IMG/VR virus record: IMGVR_UViG_3300014533_000149
DNA: 38,497 nucleotides
Direction: 5' to 3' (one strand)
Origin: a virus
Lineage: Duplodnaviria > Heunggongvirae > Uroviricota > Caudoviricetes
Position 1 is the first letter of the stretch. Each line of letters begins with the position of its first letter. Of the stretch, positions 1 through 7,575 are shown piece by piece. Made by a program: the position numbers and the translations under genes. The notes beneath the pieces are model-generated. The model was given only the letters and a program-made list of their open reading frames with translations. It made no database searches and was not told the DNA's origin.

Positions 1-483
1 CTATCTGGTCAGGGTGTCGTACTGTTTTTCACAGACTCTTCCGGCTTCGGCTGCCCGGTCAGCATACTCTGCCAGTTGTCTGTTTCTCTCGAGAGATTTA
101 CTGAGCACGTCGGCAAGCAAAACTCCGGTGTCTGCGGCTGACGTCCCAGCGCCGACAATGGCGTTATACTGCCTGAGCTGCTCACGGATGGCAACGAGCT
201 GTTGCTGCAACCGGCCAGCGCGAGCGGCAGCATCAAGAGCATCATTGCGCGCCTGGTCGATCCTCTGCTGCGCTTCACGTTCATTGATCGATTTCTCCTG
301 TTCGTAGTGCTGACGAACTCTCTCATCTTCGGTTTTGCGGTCTTCTTTCGCCTGTGCATACCCGGCGTCGTACTGACGACTACCGTGTACATTCCAGGCA
401 ACAACCCCTGATATGACCAGAACAGCAAGCACCGCCACGATAAGCAACTGTTTCCAGTATGCTTTTACGAATGCCCAGATCAT
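1..483 (-). CDS. Rz: Rz-like i-spanin; C-terminus runs off the window start
   Basis: N-terminal TM helix then charged coiled-coil-like region rich in Q/R/E/A; ATG at 483 overlaps the endolysin stop (ATGA); contains an embedded lipoprotein ORF in another frame. Confidence 0.6.
   Translation of the reverse strand: MIWAFVKAYWKQLLIVAVLAVLVISGVVAWNVHGSRQYDAGYAQAKEDRKTEDERVRQHYEQEKSINEREAQQRIDQARNDALDAAARAGRLQQQLVAIREQLRQYNAIVGAGTSAADTGVLLADVLSKSLERNRQLAEYADRAAEAGRVCEKQYDTLTR
9..245 (-). CDS. Rz1: Rz1-like o-spanin, outer-membrane lipoprotein embedded in Rz
   Basis: Alternate frame inside Rz; begins [13 protein letters not shown] with lipobox LAGC, followed by a Pro/Ser-rich short mature peptide. 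Confidence 0.5.
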   Translation of the reverse strand: MMLLMLPLALAGCSNSSLPSVSSSGSITPLSALGRQPQTPEFCLPTCSVNLSRETDNWQSMLTGQPKPEESVKNSTTP

Positions 484-1109
484 ACCGCCAGCACCTTACT
501 GGCAGTGATGTACCGCGCTCTCCGGTCGTCGATGCCGTTCCTGCCACCATTGATAATCAAAGTTACACGTGCAATATCGCCGGTATACTTCATGCAACCT
601 TTGCTGGAGAAGAACCACGCCGCGCTACGAGCCGCATATTCGTCCTGCGCTAACAGTTCAGGATTCTCCAGCAGGTCCACTTTCAGGCCGTTTCCGCAGT
701 CACGATAGTTATTCAAACCGGTAATCTGGATAAGTCCACGGCCTCGGTAATTCCAGCCGTCACCAGGGGAATTGTTCCCCATGCGTTTGCTGTACACCAG
801 ATTGGCGATCGCTCGCTGGCGCTCGAGTGGCAATGGTGGTTCACCAGCACGGCGACCCAGTGCATTAGCCTGCCCCTGAGTGAGACGCCCAGCCCGAACG
901 AAGTTAGCCAGACCGCTGACACTGTAGTTGAAATTCTCCTGCAATCTGGTGAAGCCCACAGATTCATGCCCGACCTGAGCAATAAACATTGCCAGATCTT
1001 CTGGTTTGCTGATACCAAACTCTTTCATCGCAGAAGTTATATGCGAGAACCAGCGTGCGGCCAGCGCCTCGCTAATACCAGCAGCTCGCTGGAATTGTTT
1101 AATCTCCAT
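480..1109 (-). CDS. Endolysin, glycoside hydrolase family 19 (chitinase-like) type
   Basis: ATG at 1109 chosen inside the longer track ORF; motifs [10 protein letters not shown] and [11 protein letters not shown] typical of GH19 phage endolysins; RBS GAGGTCTAAAC upstream; overlaps Rz start. Confidence 0.8.
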   Translation of the reverse strand: MEIKQFQRAAGISEALAARWFSHITSAMKEFGISKPEDLAMFIAQVGHESVGFTRLQENFNYSVSGLANFVRAGRLTQGQANALGRRAGEPPLPLERQRAIANLVYSKRMGNNSPGDGWNYRGRGLIQITGLNNYRDCGNGLKVDLLENPELLAQDEYAARSAAWFFSSKGCMKYTGDIARVTLIINGGRNGIDDRRARYITASKVLAV

Positions 1110-1407
1110 GTTTAGACCTCGATATTTTGAAAATCTGAACAACGTTACCGCGTGTTTTAATAACCGCGGCAAGCATGACAGCGTTGATAATGACCTCAGA
1201 TAAATCCACAGCCATTGGCGTGCGTAACCAGATTGCATAGACGACACGAACAGGAATACTGGCCGCAGCAACAATAAGGAAATAAGCAAGCCACCCTCCC
1301 CATCTTCGATGTTGAGAGCCGTTACGCCGGAATGTGACAACGCGAATTGCTATGCCAGTACAAATAACTGCATTGGTGATAAGCAAAAAAAACTCATGCG
1401 TTACCAT
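1099..1407 (-). CDS. Holin/antiholin-like small membrane protein
   Basis: 102 aa with two hydrophobic helices and a charged C-terminus; SD GGGGAG 8 nt upstream; sits immediately 5' of the endolysin. Confidence 0.5.
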   Translation of the reverse strand: MVTHEFFLLITNAVICTGIAIRVVTFRRNGSQHRRWGGWLAYFLIVAAASIPVRVVYAIWLRTPMAVDLSEVIINAVMLAAVIKTRGNVVQIFKISRSKHGD

Positions 1408-1810
1408 CGTCTTTTCTCCCCGGAATTAAATCGCGTGGATTGTCTGAACGGTGGTAGAGCCATATACCAATACGCACAGCGACAATTGCTGACACGAATG
1501 CGCCAGCAGAGAAAACAATACCTTTTTCAAAAGAGTCCTGCGTGATGGTAGGGATCAGGCTGGCTATGCCGATAAGAATTGATGCTGCTGGTTTGTAGAA
1601 AAGAAGTCCGCAGAGAAAGCTGAGCATCGACAAGAGTACGCGACGACGAATTGGATACTCTACCGCAGAGGTAACAAAAATTACCGCACCAGCAAGAGCA
1701 CCGAGCGCCACCTCTGGCGGAACGCCTACGATAACCGCAGCAAGAGAGCTCACACTAAGCCATTGATTTAAAGACTCAGTTGTTATGTTAACCGACATAG
1801 CACACACCAT
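1394..1810 (-). CDS. Holin-like membrane protein (3-4 predicted TM helices)
   Basis: 138 aa, mostly hydrophobic; first gene of the lysis cassette; true start may be the ATG at 1798 (MSVNITT). Confidence 0.5.
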   Translation of the reverse strand: MVCAMSVNITTESLNQWLSVSSLAAVIVGVPPEVALGALAGAVIFVTSAVEYPIRRRVLLSMLSFLCGLLFYKPAASILIGIASLIPTITQDSFEKGIVFSAGAFVSAIVAVRIGIWLYHRSDNPRDLIPGRKDDGNA

Positions 1811-1973
1811 TTTTTTTGTACATATCGAACCTCTTCACTTACAGATCACCACACACAACAAACCATATATGTTTAACCATCAGATATTCTGAAATAACTA
1901 TCAATTCATTGGTTTTTGATGACAATATTCATAAACAACCATAAATGTAAGGATGTTTATTAGTTGCCAAAAT

Positions 1974-4580
1974 TTATTTCCTGCAAACTCCAGATGATGT
2001 TAATCCATCAAAAATAACCTGCACTCTGGCAATAACAACATCAACTCCAGAAGTCGTTTCACTTGCATAACCAAGTTTTATTTTAGATACAATATCCTGA
2101 GTAAGTTCAGATATTTCAGTTTCTGCAATGTTACCAGAGGCCATGTGATTATCGTATGCCATAGAATGAATTCCATTATTGACATCGATTGAACTAGTAT
2201 GTTTGTGAAAAATAGATGGGTTTACCTGAAACGAATTTGAACCGATAAGATCAGAAGATACTCCATTCATCACTGCAGTACAGCGTGGAATATTATTATC
2301 GGTTATTGTCATATGCAGACGGTTACCAGTTAACCCCTCACCAAGTGTGACATAATACGCCAATTCTCCACCTGCATATTGTTTCCCCTCAACAATAACA
2401 GTAATCCCTCTTAATTTCTGATTAGCTAGCAAAAACTTATTACTGTCTATATAGCATTTATTTGCGGAACCAAAAACAGCCCCTTCTAAAATATCTGATG
2501 AATAGGAATAAATAAGGTCACCTGAAACAAAGGAAAGAATATCAGATACGTTTCCTTTTTTAGATAAGTTGGGAGAATAGCTATTAACTATTTCATATTG
2601 TCCTGTGATAAAATCAAGGTAAACGCCATCAGTTTTCATCTCTTTAAAGAAAATGCTATTAAAGCATCCATCAAGAACCGGTGGATATATTCTAGAGCTT
2701 GCATAAGCTGTTGGGTGATTCTTATTATTACCACTACCAGGCGAATAAACATCTTCGTTAGTCATTGACTTTTTAAGCTTAACAGGAATCATCGGCTGCA
2801 TATCAATTTTGCAGTTCCCTGAACCACCGATGCGAGGATAAAATAAACCACCAAACCTTACAATATTACTACTGAATAGTATTTCGTTATCGTTAAGTGT
2901 TATCTCAACGAAGTTTCCAATAAGTTTAAATTCAACTGAAAACAAACCAAGTGGAGCAGATAATTTAACAATATTGCGCATAAAAACACCTACAGTCCCT
3001 GTTGATGCAGTATAGTGTGTGGTTTCAAAGGCAGAGCCTGTATATTTCAAGTTAATGAAATTATTATGGTATGAAGACAATTGGAATTGAATCCCAGAAC
3101 TAAGGATTTCAATATCTACAAATTGAATCCTTACGGAGTAAGAATATGATAAATCTTCATATTCATAAGGCAATGTAACATCTTTTGAAATAGTTGCCCT
3201 CACATAATTACCAGAAACCACATCAACCCCATCACGTACTGCATTAAAGTAACGATTAAAATCAATAAGCCCAGCGCCAACATACTGCGCATATGAACGA
3301 GTCCATCCTGCCATTGCGTTTCGTCCATTCTGAGCTTCTAAACTGCTAAATTCAGAGTCACTTGTGGTACTTGATGGGAGGATATTTGTACAAAAAACAA
3401 TTTCAGGCATTGAAGTAATATCATTCAGTTCAGCCATCAATTTAAAAAAAGTTTTCTGCGGGAAGTTACCAACATCCCAACCATCTCCGTCATTCATGCC
3501 AAAAGCAATAATAACAACATCAGGGTTAATATCACGAATGTAATCAATCCAGCGTCTGTTCGTGTCTGAATACCATGGGTACTGTGAGTTATAAGAAGTA
3601 ATTGCTGGTGTATCTTTTCCAAGGTCATAGTACCTCATTCCACCAATTGCTCTGTTAAATAAAGTAGAACTTGGGAATTTCTCTTGCAAAACTCTCTTAA
3701 GATGAGCGGCAAAAATGCTTGATCGATCCACTGTGCTTATATTATATGGGGCACTTAAGCTGTCACCAACTAACACTATTTTTGAGTTAGGCCTTGATAA
3801 TCTCTCAAGTGTTTTAGATGTGACTAAACTGCAGGAATTAATGAACTGAGTACTATTTAGCGTCTGTTCAAGTGTATCACCAAATCTGGTACCAACGTAT
3901 GATGATCCGTTGACACTTGCTAGCTTAAGGCATAAATCAGCAGTATCTGTAATTGAAAAAATAGGAACAGGACGTCCTAAACTGTCATACCCCTGAATTG
4001 AGTTTGCCCTAGAAGATGCTGATGCCATTTCGCTTACTATCTCAGGGAAGCGGAGTGTTTTAGATATGTTGCTGTTAATAACTCCTTTGATAGATGAGTC
4101 TGTATATTTCTTCGTGGAAGCGTCCTGAGGAAATAATGGATCATCAAGGTTACGAATACGATTGCCGAGTGCATCGTAGTAAGTGGCACTAAATGATGGT
4201 TTACGAAGAGCCAGCCGAGCCATGCTTTTGACTAACTGGATCAGCATCGTTAGCTTATCAAAAGCATCCTCATGCACTTCCGCAAAGAACTTACCCTGAT
4301 TGCGCAGATCAGTTTCCTGTGTAACCGGTAGCTCTCGTGATATAGAAATCTTATAGCCATTGGCCAACGCCTTCGACAATATTACATTTCCACCATTGTA
4401 TCCTCCGGCCCCGGTAACTATATAATCAGTATCAAGAGTCAGTACGGTGATATTTTCATGAATATCAACAACCTGCACAATCAAATCAGATTTATTGAAA
4501 ACCCTAAAGGCATACGGAAACGATGTCGTAACGCCGTTACCGGTGTATTCGTTGTGGTCAACTTCGGTTGAGACCGTCAT
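1974..4580 (-). CDS. Tailspike/tail fibre with T7 gp17-like N-terminal anchor and a central SGNH/GDSL esterase-like domain
   Basis: 868 aa; N-terminal ~110 aa resemble the T7 tail-fibre N-terminal domain; GDSLS motif (IVLVGDSLSAPYN) and GxND block (IIAFGMNDGDG); SD GGAGAT 7 nt upstream; visibly AT-rich after the N-terminal part. Confidence 0.75.
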   Translation of the reverse strand: MTVSTEVDHNEYTGNGVTTSFPYAFRVFNKSDLIVQVVDIHENITVLTLDTDYIVTGAGGYNGGNVILSKALANGYKISISRELPVTQETDLRNQGKFFAEVHEDAFDKLTMLIQLVKSMARLALRKPSFSATYYDALGNRIRNLDDPLFPQDASTKKYTDSSIKGVINSNISKTLRFPEIVSEMASASSRANSIQGYDSLGRPVPIFSITDTADLCLKLASVNGSSYVGTRFGDTLEQTLNSTQFINSCSLVTSKTLERLSRPNSKIVLVGDSLSAPYNISTVDRSSIFAAHLKRVLQEKFPSSTLFNRAIGGMRYYDLGKDTPAITSYNSQYPWYSDTNRRWIDYIRDINPDVVIIAFGMNDGDGWDVGNFPQKTFFKLMAELNDITSMPEIVFCTNILPSSTTSDSEFSSLEAQNGRNAMAGWTRSYAQYVGAGLIDFNRYFNAVRDGVDVVSGNYVRATISKDVTLPYEYEDLSYSYSVRIQFVDIEILSSGIQFQLSSYHNNFINLKYTGSAFETTHYTASTGTVGVFMRNIVKLSAPLGLFSVEFKLIGNFVEITLNDNEILFSSNIVRFGGLFYPRIGGSGNCKIDMQPMIPVKLKKSMTNEDVYSPGSGNNKNHPTAYASSRIYPPVLDGCFNSIFFKEMKTDGVYLDFITGQYEIVNSYSPNLSKKGNVSDILSFVSGDLIYSYSSDILEGAVFGSANKCYIDSNKFLLANQKLRGITVIVEGKQYAGGELAYYVTLGEGLTGNRLHMTITDNNIPRCTAVMNGVSSDLIGSNSFQVNPSIFHKHTSSIDVNNGIHSMAYDNHMASGNIAETEISELTQDIVSKIKLGYASETTSGVDVVIARVQVIFDGLTSSGVCRK

Positions 4581-4683
4581 GTTAAATCTCCAGATAGTCG
4601 CAGCACCCGTTGCGCCGCATATCTGGTTATTCTATTACCTGAAAAACCATATATGTATAGAAAGACTATAAATACCAATAGAT

Positions 4684-4700
4684 ATTACCTTTATGGTAAT
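4684..4700. promoter_or_regulatory. Operator-like 17-bp palindrome ATTACC-TTTAT-GGTAAT
   Basis: Perfect dyad; member of a 13-copy intergenic family. Confidence 0.5.
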
Positions 4701-4736
4701 TTGCAAAACGTGCTGGATAGCAAACAAATTATTTGA

Positions 4737-4756
4737 TACTGTATAAATATACAGTT
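4737..4756. promoter_or_regulatory. LexA (SOS) box
   Basis: TACTGTATAAATATACAGTT, a CTGT-N8-ACAG dyad with AT-rich spacer, about 18/20 match to the E. coli LexA consensus; ~20 bp upstream of the 4776 start codon. Confidence 0.65.
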
Positions 4757-4775
4757 ATTGCATGGAGAAGATAAG

Positions 4776-5033
4776 ATGCAGCGGTATCACTATCCACTGG
4801 AAGACGGATTTACCGAAAGGATTCACACGCCGGGAGGCGTCAGGTCACTGGTGGAGGGATCGCACTTGATGAAATTACTCCGGGATCTCGATAAGGATGG
4901 ATTTAATGTCGATGGCCCACTTGCCGAACTGACTGCACTGATTAACTACGTCACCAGCTCACAGATGTCTATGCGGGATCTGCAAACACATCTCGACTAT
5001 TGTGCCGAACAATTACGAAAACAAACCAGATAA
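4776..5033 (+). CDS. Small SOS-box-associated antirepressor-like protein (standalone Ant C-terminal-like domain)
   Basis: 85 aa from ATG 4776 with SD GGAGAAG; ~45% identical by eye to the C-terminal ~65 aa of the Bro-N protein at 5348..6040; LexA box immediately upstream. Confidence 0.55.
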   Translation: MQRYHYPLEDGFTERIHTPGGVRSLVEGSHLMKLLRDLDKDGFNVDGPLAELTALINYVTSSQMSMRDLQTHLDYCAEQLRKQTR

Positions 5034-5063
5034 GGTTTGCAATTACCAAGTGGAGTGCTTATA

Positions 5064-5080
5064 TTTACCTTTGAGGTAAA
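5064..5080. promoter_or_regulatory. Operator-like palindrome TTTACC-TTTGA-GGTAAA
   Basis: Perfect dyad, flanked by inverted repeat GGAGTGC (5052-5058) / GCACTCC (5091-5097). Confidence 0.45.
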
Positions 5081-5163
5081 TTTACATCGCACTCCTCTTG
5101 TGCCATAGTAATCGGGCACTGGCAAAATCCAGTGCCGGGATTGGTCTCCCGGATTACTACAGA

Positions 5164-5193
5164 GGCACATATGCCGCATAAGCGGTTTTTTTT
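5164..5193 (+). terminator. Candidate rho-independent terminator
   Basis: Short GC hairpins (GGCA-CATA-TGCC, CCGC-ATAA-GCGG) followed by an 8-T run; stems are short. Confidence 0.35.
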
Positions 5194-5347
5194 ATGTGTA
5201 AAGCGCACCTATTCTATGGTGGGCTGTGTGGGGGCACCGAAAGGTGCGCCGGGTTCCTTTGTAGCCGGTAAGACCAACTCTGCACAGTTCACCACCATCT
5301 GATTGGTCTCAGCGGTGGTGATTAACCTAACTACAAAGGTGATCGCC

Positions 5348-6040
5348 ATGAATACCAAACCTTCCATCTTTTCCTTTGAGTCATCCTGCCAGATCCGTAT
5401 GTTCATGATTGACGGAGAACCTTGGTTTGTCACCAAAGATGTGTGCAATGCTTTGAATATTGATGTTACACAAGCGAGAAAACTTGATAAAAAAGGCTGG
5501 AACAAAAAGGGGCTGTATTCAATACAGACCCCTGGTGGAATACAAGAACTATCCATCGTTTCAGAATCAGGTCTCTACATCCTTATTCTGCGTTGCAAAG
5601 AGGCAATGACTGAGGGAACGAGAGCATTCAGATTTCTTGAATGGGTTACAGGCGAGGTTCTTCCTCAGATCCGCCGCACCGGAAGTTACATTAAAAACTC
5701 GCTACCGCAGGAAGAACGCATAAAGATGGTTGCCGACCAGGTAGCCAACGCCACGGCGTCAGCAGTAATGCAGGCGATGAAGATAGAGAACAAAACCTAC
5801 AGTGCTCCACTGAAGCCCGGCTACCGTAGCCTGATTCATTCTCCGTCTGGTGTTCTCGGCCTGACGGAGAACTCACTGCTGATGAATCTGCTGAACCAGT
5901 TACAGGACGACGGGCACGACGTATCGGGCGCGGCGGCGGAGCTGACCACCATGTTCTGCTACATCGTTGGTGTGAGCAAATGCCTGCGTGATATCCAGAC
6001 GCACGCGGAGTACATCAACGACAAGGCTGGGTTCTTCTGA
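5348..6040 (+). CDS. Antirepressor (Ant)-like protein with Bro-N N-terminal domain
   Basis: ATG 5348 with SD AAAGGTGA; N-terminal region matches the Bro-N fold pattern (FMIDGEPWFVTKDVCNAL...); C-terminal ~65 aa paralogous to the 4776..5033 product. Confidence 0.65.
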   Translation: MNTKPSIFSFESSCQIRMFMIDGEPWFVTKDVCNALNIDVTQARKLDKKGWNKKGLYSIQTPGGIQELSIVSESGLYILILRCKEAMTEGTRAFRFLEWVTGEVLPQIRRTGSYIKNSLPQEERIKMVADQVANATASAVMQAMKIENKTYSAPLKPGYRSLIHSPSGVLGLTENSLLMNLLNQLQDDGHDVSGAAAELTTMFCYIVGVSKCLRDIQTHAEYINDKAGFF

Positions 6041-6048
6041 CGGGCGGC

Positions 6049-6070
6049 GGCACAGGGATGTGCCTTTAAA
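6049..6070 (+). terminator. Weak terminator-like hairpin after the Ant-like gene
   Basis: GGCACA-GGGA-TGTGCC followed by TTTAAATAAT. Confidence 0.3.
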
Positions 6071-6111
6071 TAATCCTGTACGATTGCAGACCGGGGGGTG
6101 AATAGAGTACT

Positions 6112-6128
6112 ATTACCTTACGGGTGAT
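6112..6128. promoter_or_regulatory. Operator-like imperfect palindrome ATTACC-TTACG-GGTGAT
   Basis: One half-site perfect, the other one mismatch. Confidence 0.35.
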
Positions 6129-6215
6129 CCATAGCGATTAGGCACCGATACAGGAGGAGCCCACATGAGAAAATTTGACGAGTACGAAGGCGTTTAACAT
6201 TCGGATAGTTTAATG

Positions 6216-6239
6216 ACGGGGCCATCAGGCCCCGTTTTC
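6216..6239 (+). terminator. Hairpin terminator/attenuator
   Basis: ACGGGGCC-ATCA-GGCCCCGT followed by TTTTCA; lies between a 10-codon ORF and the 6257 gene. Confidence 0.4.
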
Positions 6240-6256
6240 ATGTCTGGAGACAGTTT

Positions 6257-6796
6257 GTGTTAAGTGAAGAAATGCAATTTGCCATGGCTGTGGCTCAAAT
6301 CGTAAGTGCAGTCGCGGTTTCGCTTGGCTTGTTCATAGCTATCGCTACTATTATTTATAATGTAAATACAGCGAGAAAAGTACACACTTCAGTATTCCTT
6401 GGTGAAAGCAGGTTTGATGTAGATTATAAGAAAGGCCTATCTACTATGCGCCGCATTCACGAGTCGAACAAATCATTCCGCTCTTATATGTATCCAAGCA
6501 ATGGGCAGGCTGATCTTACGGATGAAGAAAAGACAGAGAAGAGAGAAATAATTTACTGTCTAGGTTTCTACGAACGCATGGCTGTGAGCGTGAAGCGGAA
6601 AACTTATGATGAGACCATGATTAAGGAAGTATTTTACAGCTCCGTTGTAAATAACTATCAGATTGCGCTACCTCTTATACAAGCCATTAGAGAAAAAGAA
6701 AACATAAACACATATTTTAAAGAATATGAATGGTTGGCCACACGATGGAAGGATTGCCCATTGAAGGATAAATCCCCGTGGTACAAGTTTTGGTAA
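6257..6796 (+). CDS. Membrane-anchored hypothetical protein (moron; candidate superinfection-exclusion/defence function)
   Basis: 179 aa; N-terminal TM helix then a charged soluble domain; AT-rich; SD GGAGA 6 nt before GTG 6257 (ATG 6272 is an alternative start). Confidence 0.5.
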   Translation: MLSEEMQFAMAVAQIVSAVAVSLGLFIAIATIIYNVNTARKVHTSVFLGESRFDVDYKKGLSTMRRIHESNKSFRSYMYPSNGQADLTDEEKTEKREIIYCLGFYERMAVSVKRKTYDETMIKEVFYSSVVNNYQIALPLIQAIREKENINTYFKEYEWLATRWKDCPLKDKSPWYKFW

Positions 6797-6890
6797 GCCA
6801 GCGCTGCGGGCTTTTTTTGTGGACGAAACAAAAGTCAGTGCTACACTCATTGACGCCACATTGAGGTGGCTTATAGATGGAAATTTCACA

Positions 6891-7052
6891 ATGAAAAAAG
6901 CATTTGCTGCACTGTTCGTTTTGTTGTCTCTGGTAGCTTCAACTCAGGCTTTTGCCGGTCGTTGTCAGCACGACAGCGATACTGCCGCTGACGGCTCCCG
7001 CTGCGGTGGGCGTTCTGCGGATTCCCGCCCGGGTGGCGGTGGCATTCGTTAA
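6891..7052 (+). CDS. Small secreted peptide (53 aa) with signal peptide and two cysteines
   Basis: MKKAFAALFVLLSLVASTQAFA signal-like N-terminus, then a Gly/Arg/Cys-rich 31-aa tail; short ORF, speculative. Confidence 0.3.
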   Translation: MKKAFAALFVLLSLVASTQAFAGRCQHDSDTAADGSRCGGRSADSRPGGGGIR

Positions 7053-7075
7053 AAACAAGGCCGCGAAAGCGGCCT
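7051..7075 (-). terminator. Rho-independent terminator at the end of the late operon
   Basis: On the minus strand AGGCCGC-TTTC-GCGGCCT followed by TGTTTTT; sits just 3' of the last minus-strand gene (7084). Confidence 0.6.
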
Positions 7076-7087
7076 GTGACATGTCAC
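7076..7087. repeat. Perfect 12-bp palindrome GTGACATGTCAC (copy 1 of 2)
   Basis: Identical 12-mer recurs at 27393..27404. Confidence 0.5.
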
Positions 7088-7380
7088 GTCCCTTTTCTGA
7101 ATGATAGCCATTCGAAAAATGATGACATTCCACCGCAGACAACAGCAAAGATGATCCCACCAAAGAAGAGAATGCCAGCCTGCCACCACTCCCACCGCCA
7201 TACATCCACAGCGCCAACCATACCAACAATCGCTCCAACAAATGGAATATAGCTCACGATGAAAGCAATGGGGGCTGCAATTATCCAGTGCAATCCCCAC
7301 CATGATTCAAGCCCAGCCATAATTGCTGCCAACTGAAAAAGACCAACGACGATATAAACAATGAATCCTATAGCTTGCAT
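7084..7380 (-). CDS. Small multi-pass membrane protein (SieA-position candidate)
   Basis: 98 aa, ~3 hydrophobic helices, Trp-rich; SD AGGTGA upstream; follows the last large internal-protein gene. Confidence 0.5.
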   Translation of the reverse strand: MQAIGFIVYIVVGLFQLAAIMAGLESWWGLHWIIAAPIAFIVSYIPFVGAIVGMVGAVDVWRWEWWQAGILFFGGIIFAVVCGGMSSFFEWLSFRKGT

Positions 7381-7392
7381 GTAGTCACCTAT

Positions 7393-7566
7393 TTACCCAG
7401 TAAAAATCAGAGGCCTCCCCTCAATAAGGCTTGCAACAAGAACTATTCCCTGCACAACAAAGATGAACCAGCAAATAGCTTGAGTCTGAGGGTTAAGAAA
7501 ATATTTGTAGCGGTCAATAAATAACAACCCACCAGAAATTATCACACTCAAAATAATTAAAAACAC
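7393..7566 (-). CDS. Small hydrophobic protein (57 aa), below the ORF-track cutoff
   Basis: Hand-translated from GTG 7566 with SD AAGGAAG: MFLIILSVIISGGLLFIDRYKYFLNPQTQAICWFIFVVQGIVLVASLIEGRPLIFTG. Confidence 0.3.
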   Translation of the reverse strand: MFLIILSVIISGGLLFIDRYKYFLNPQTQAICWFIFVVQGIVLVASLIEGRPLIFTG

Positions 7567-7575
7567 AACACTTCC

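Noticed and set aside
480-1340. Long forms of several track ORFs (endolysin 480..1340, internal protein 11855..14443, terS 26686..27360, 32078..32341)
   Set aside because: The 5' extensions lack ribosome-binding sites or begin at TTG/GTG inside the upstream gene; internal ATG or GTG codons with good SD spacing were used instead.
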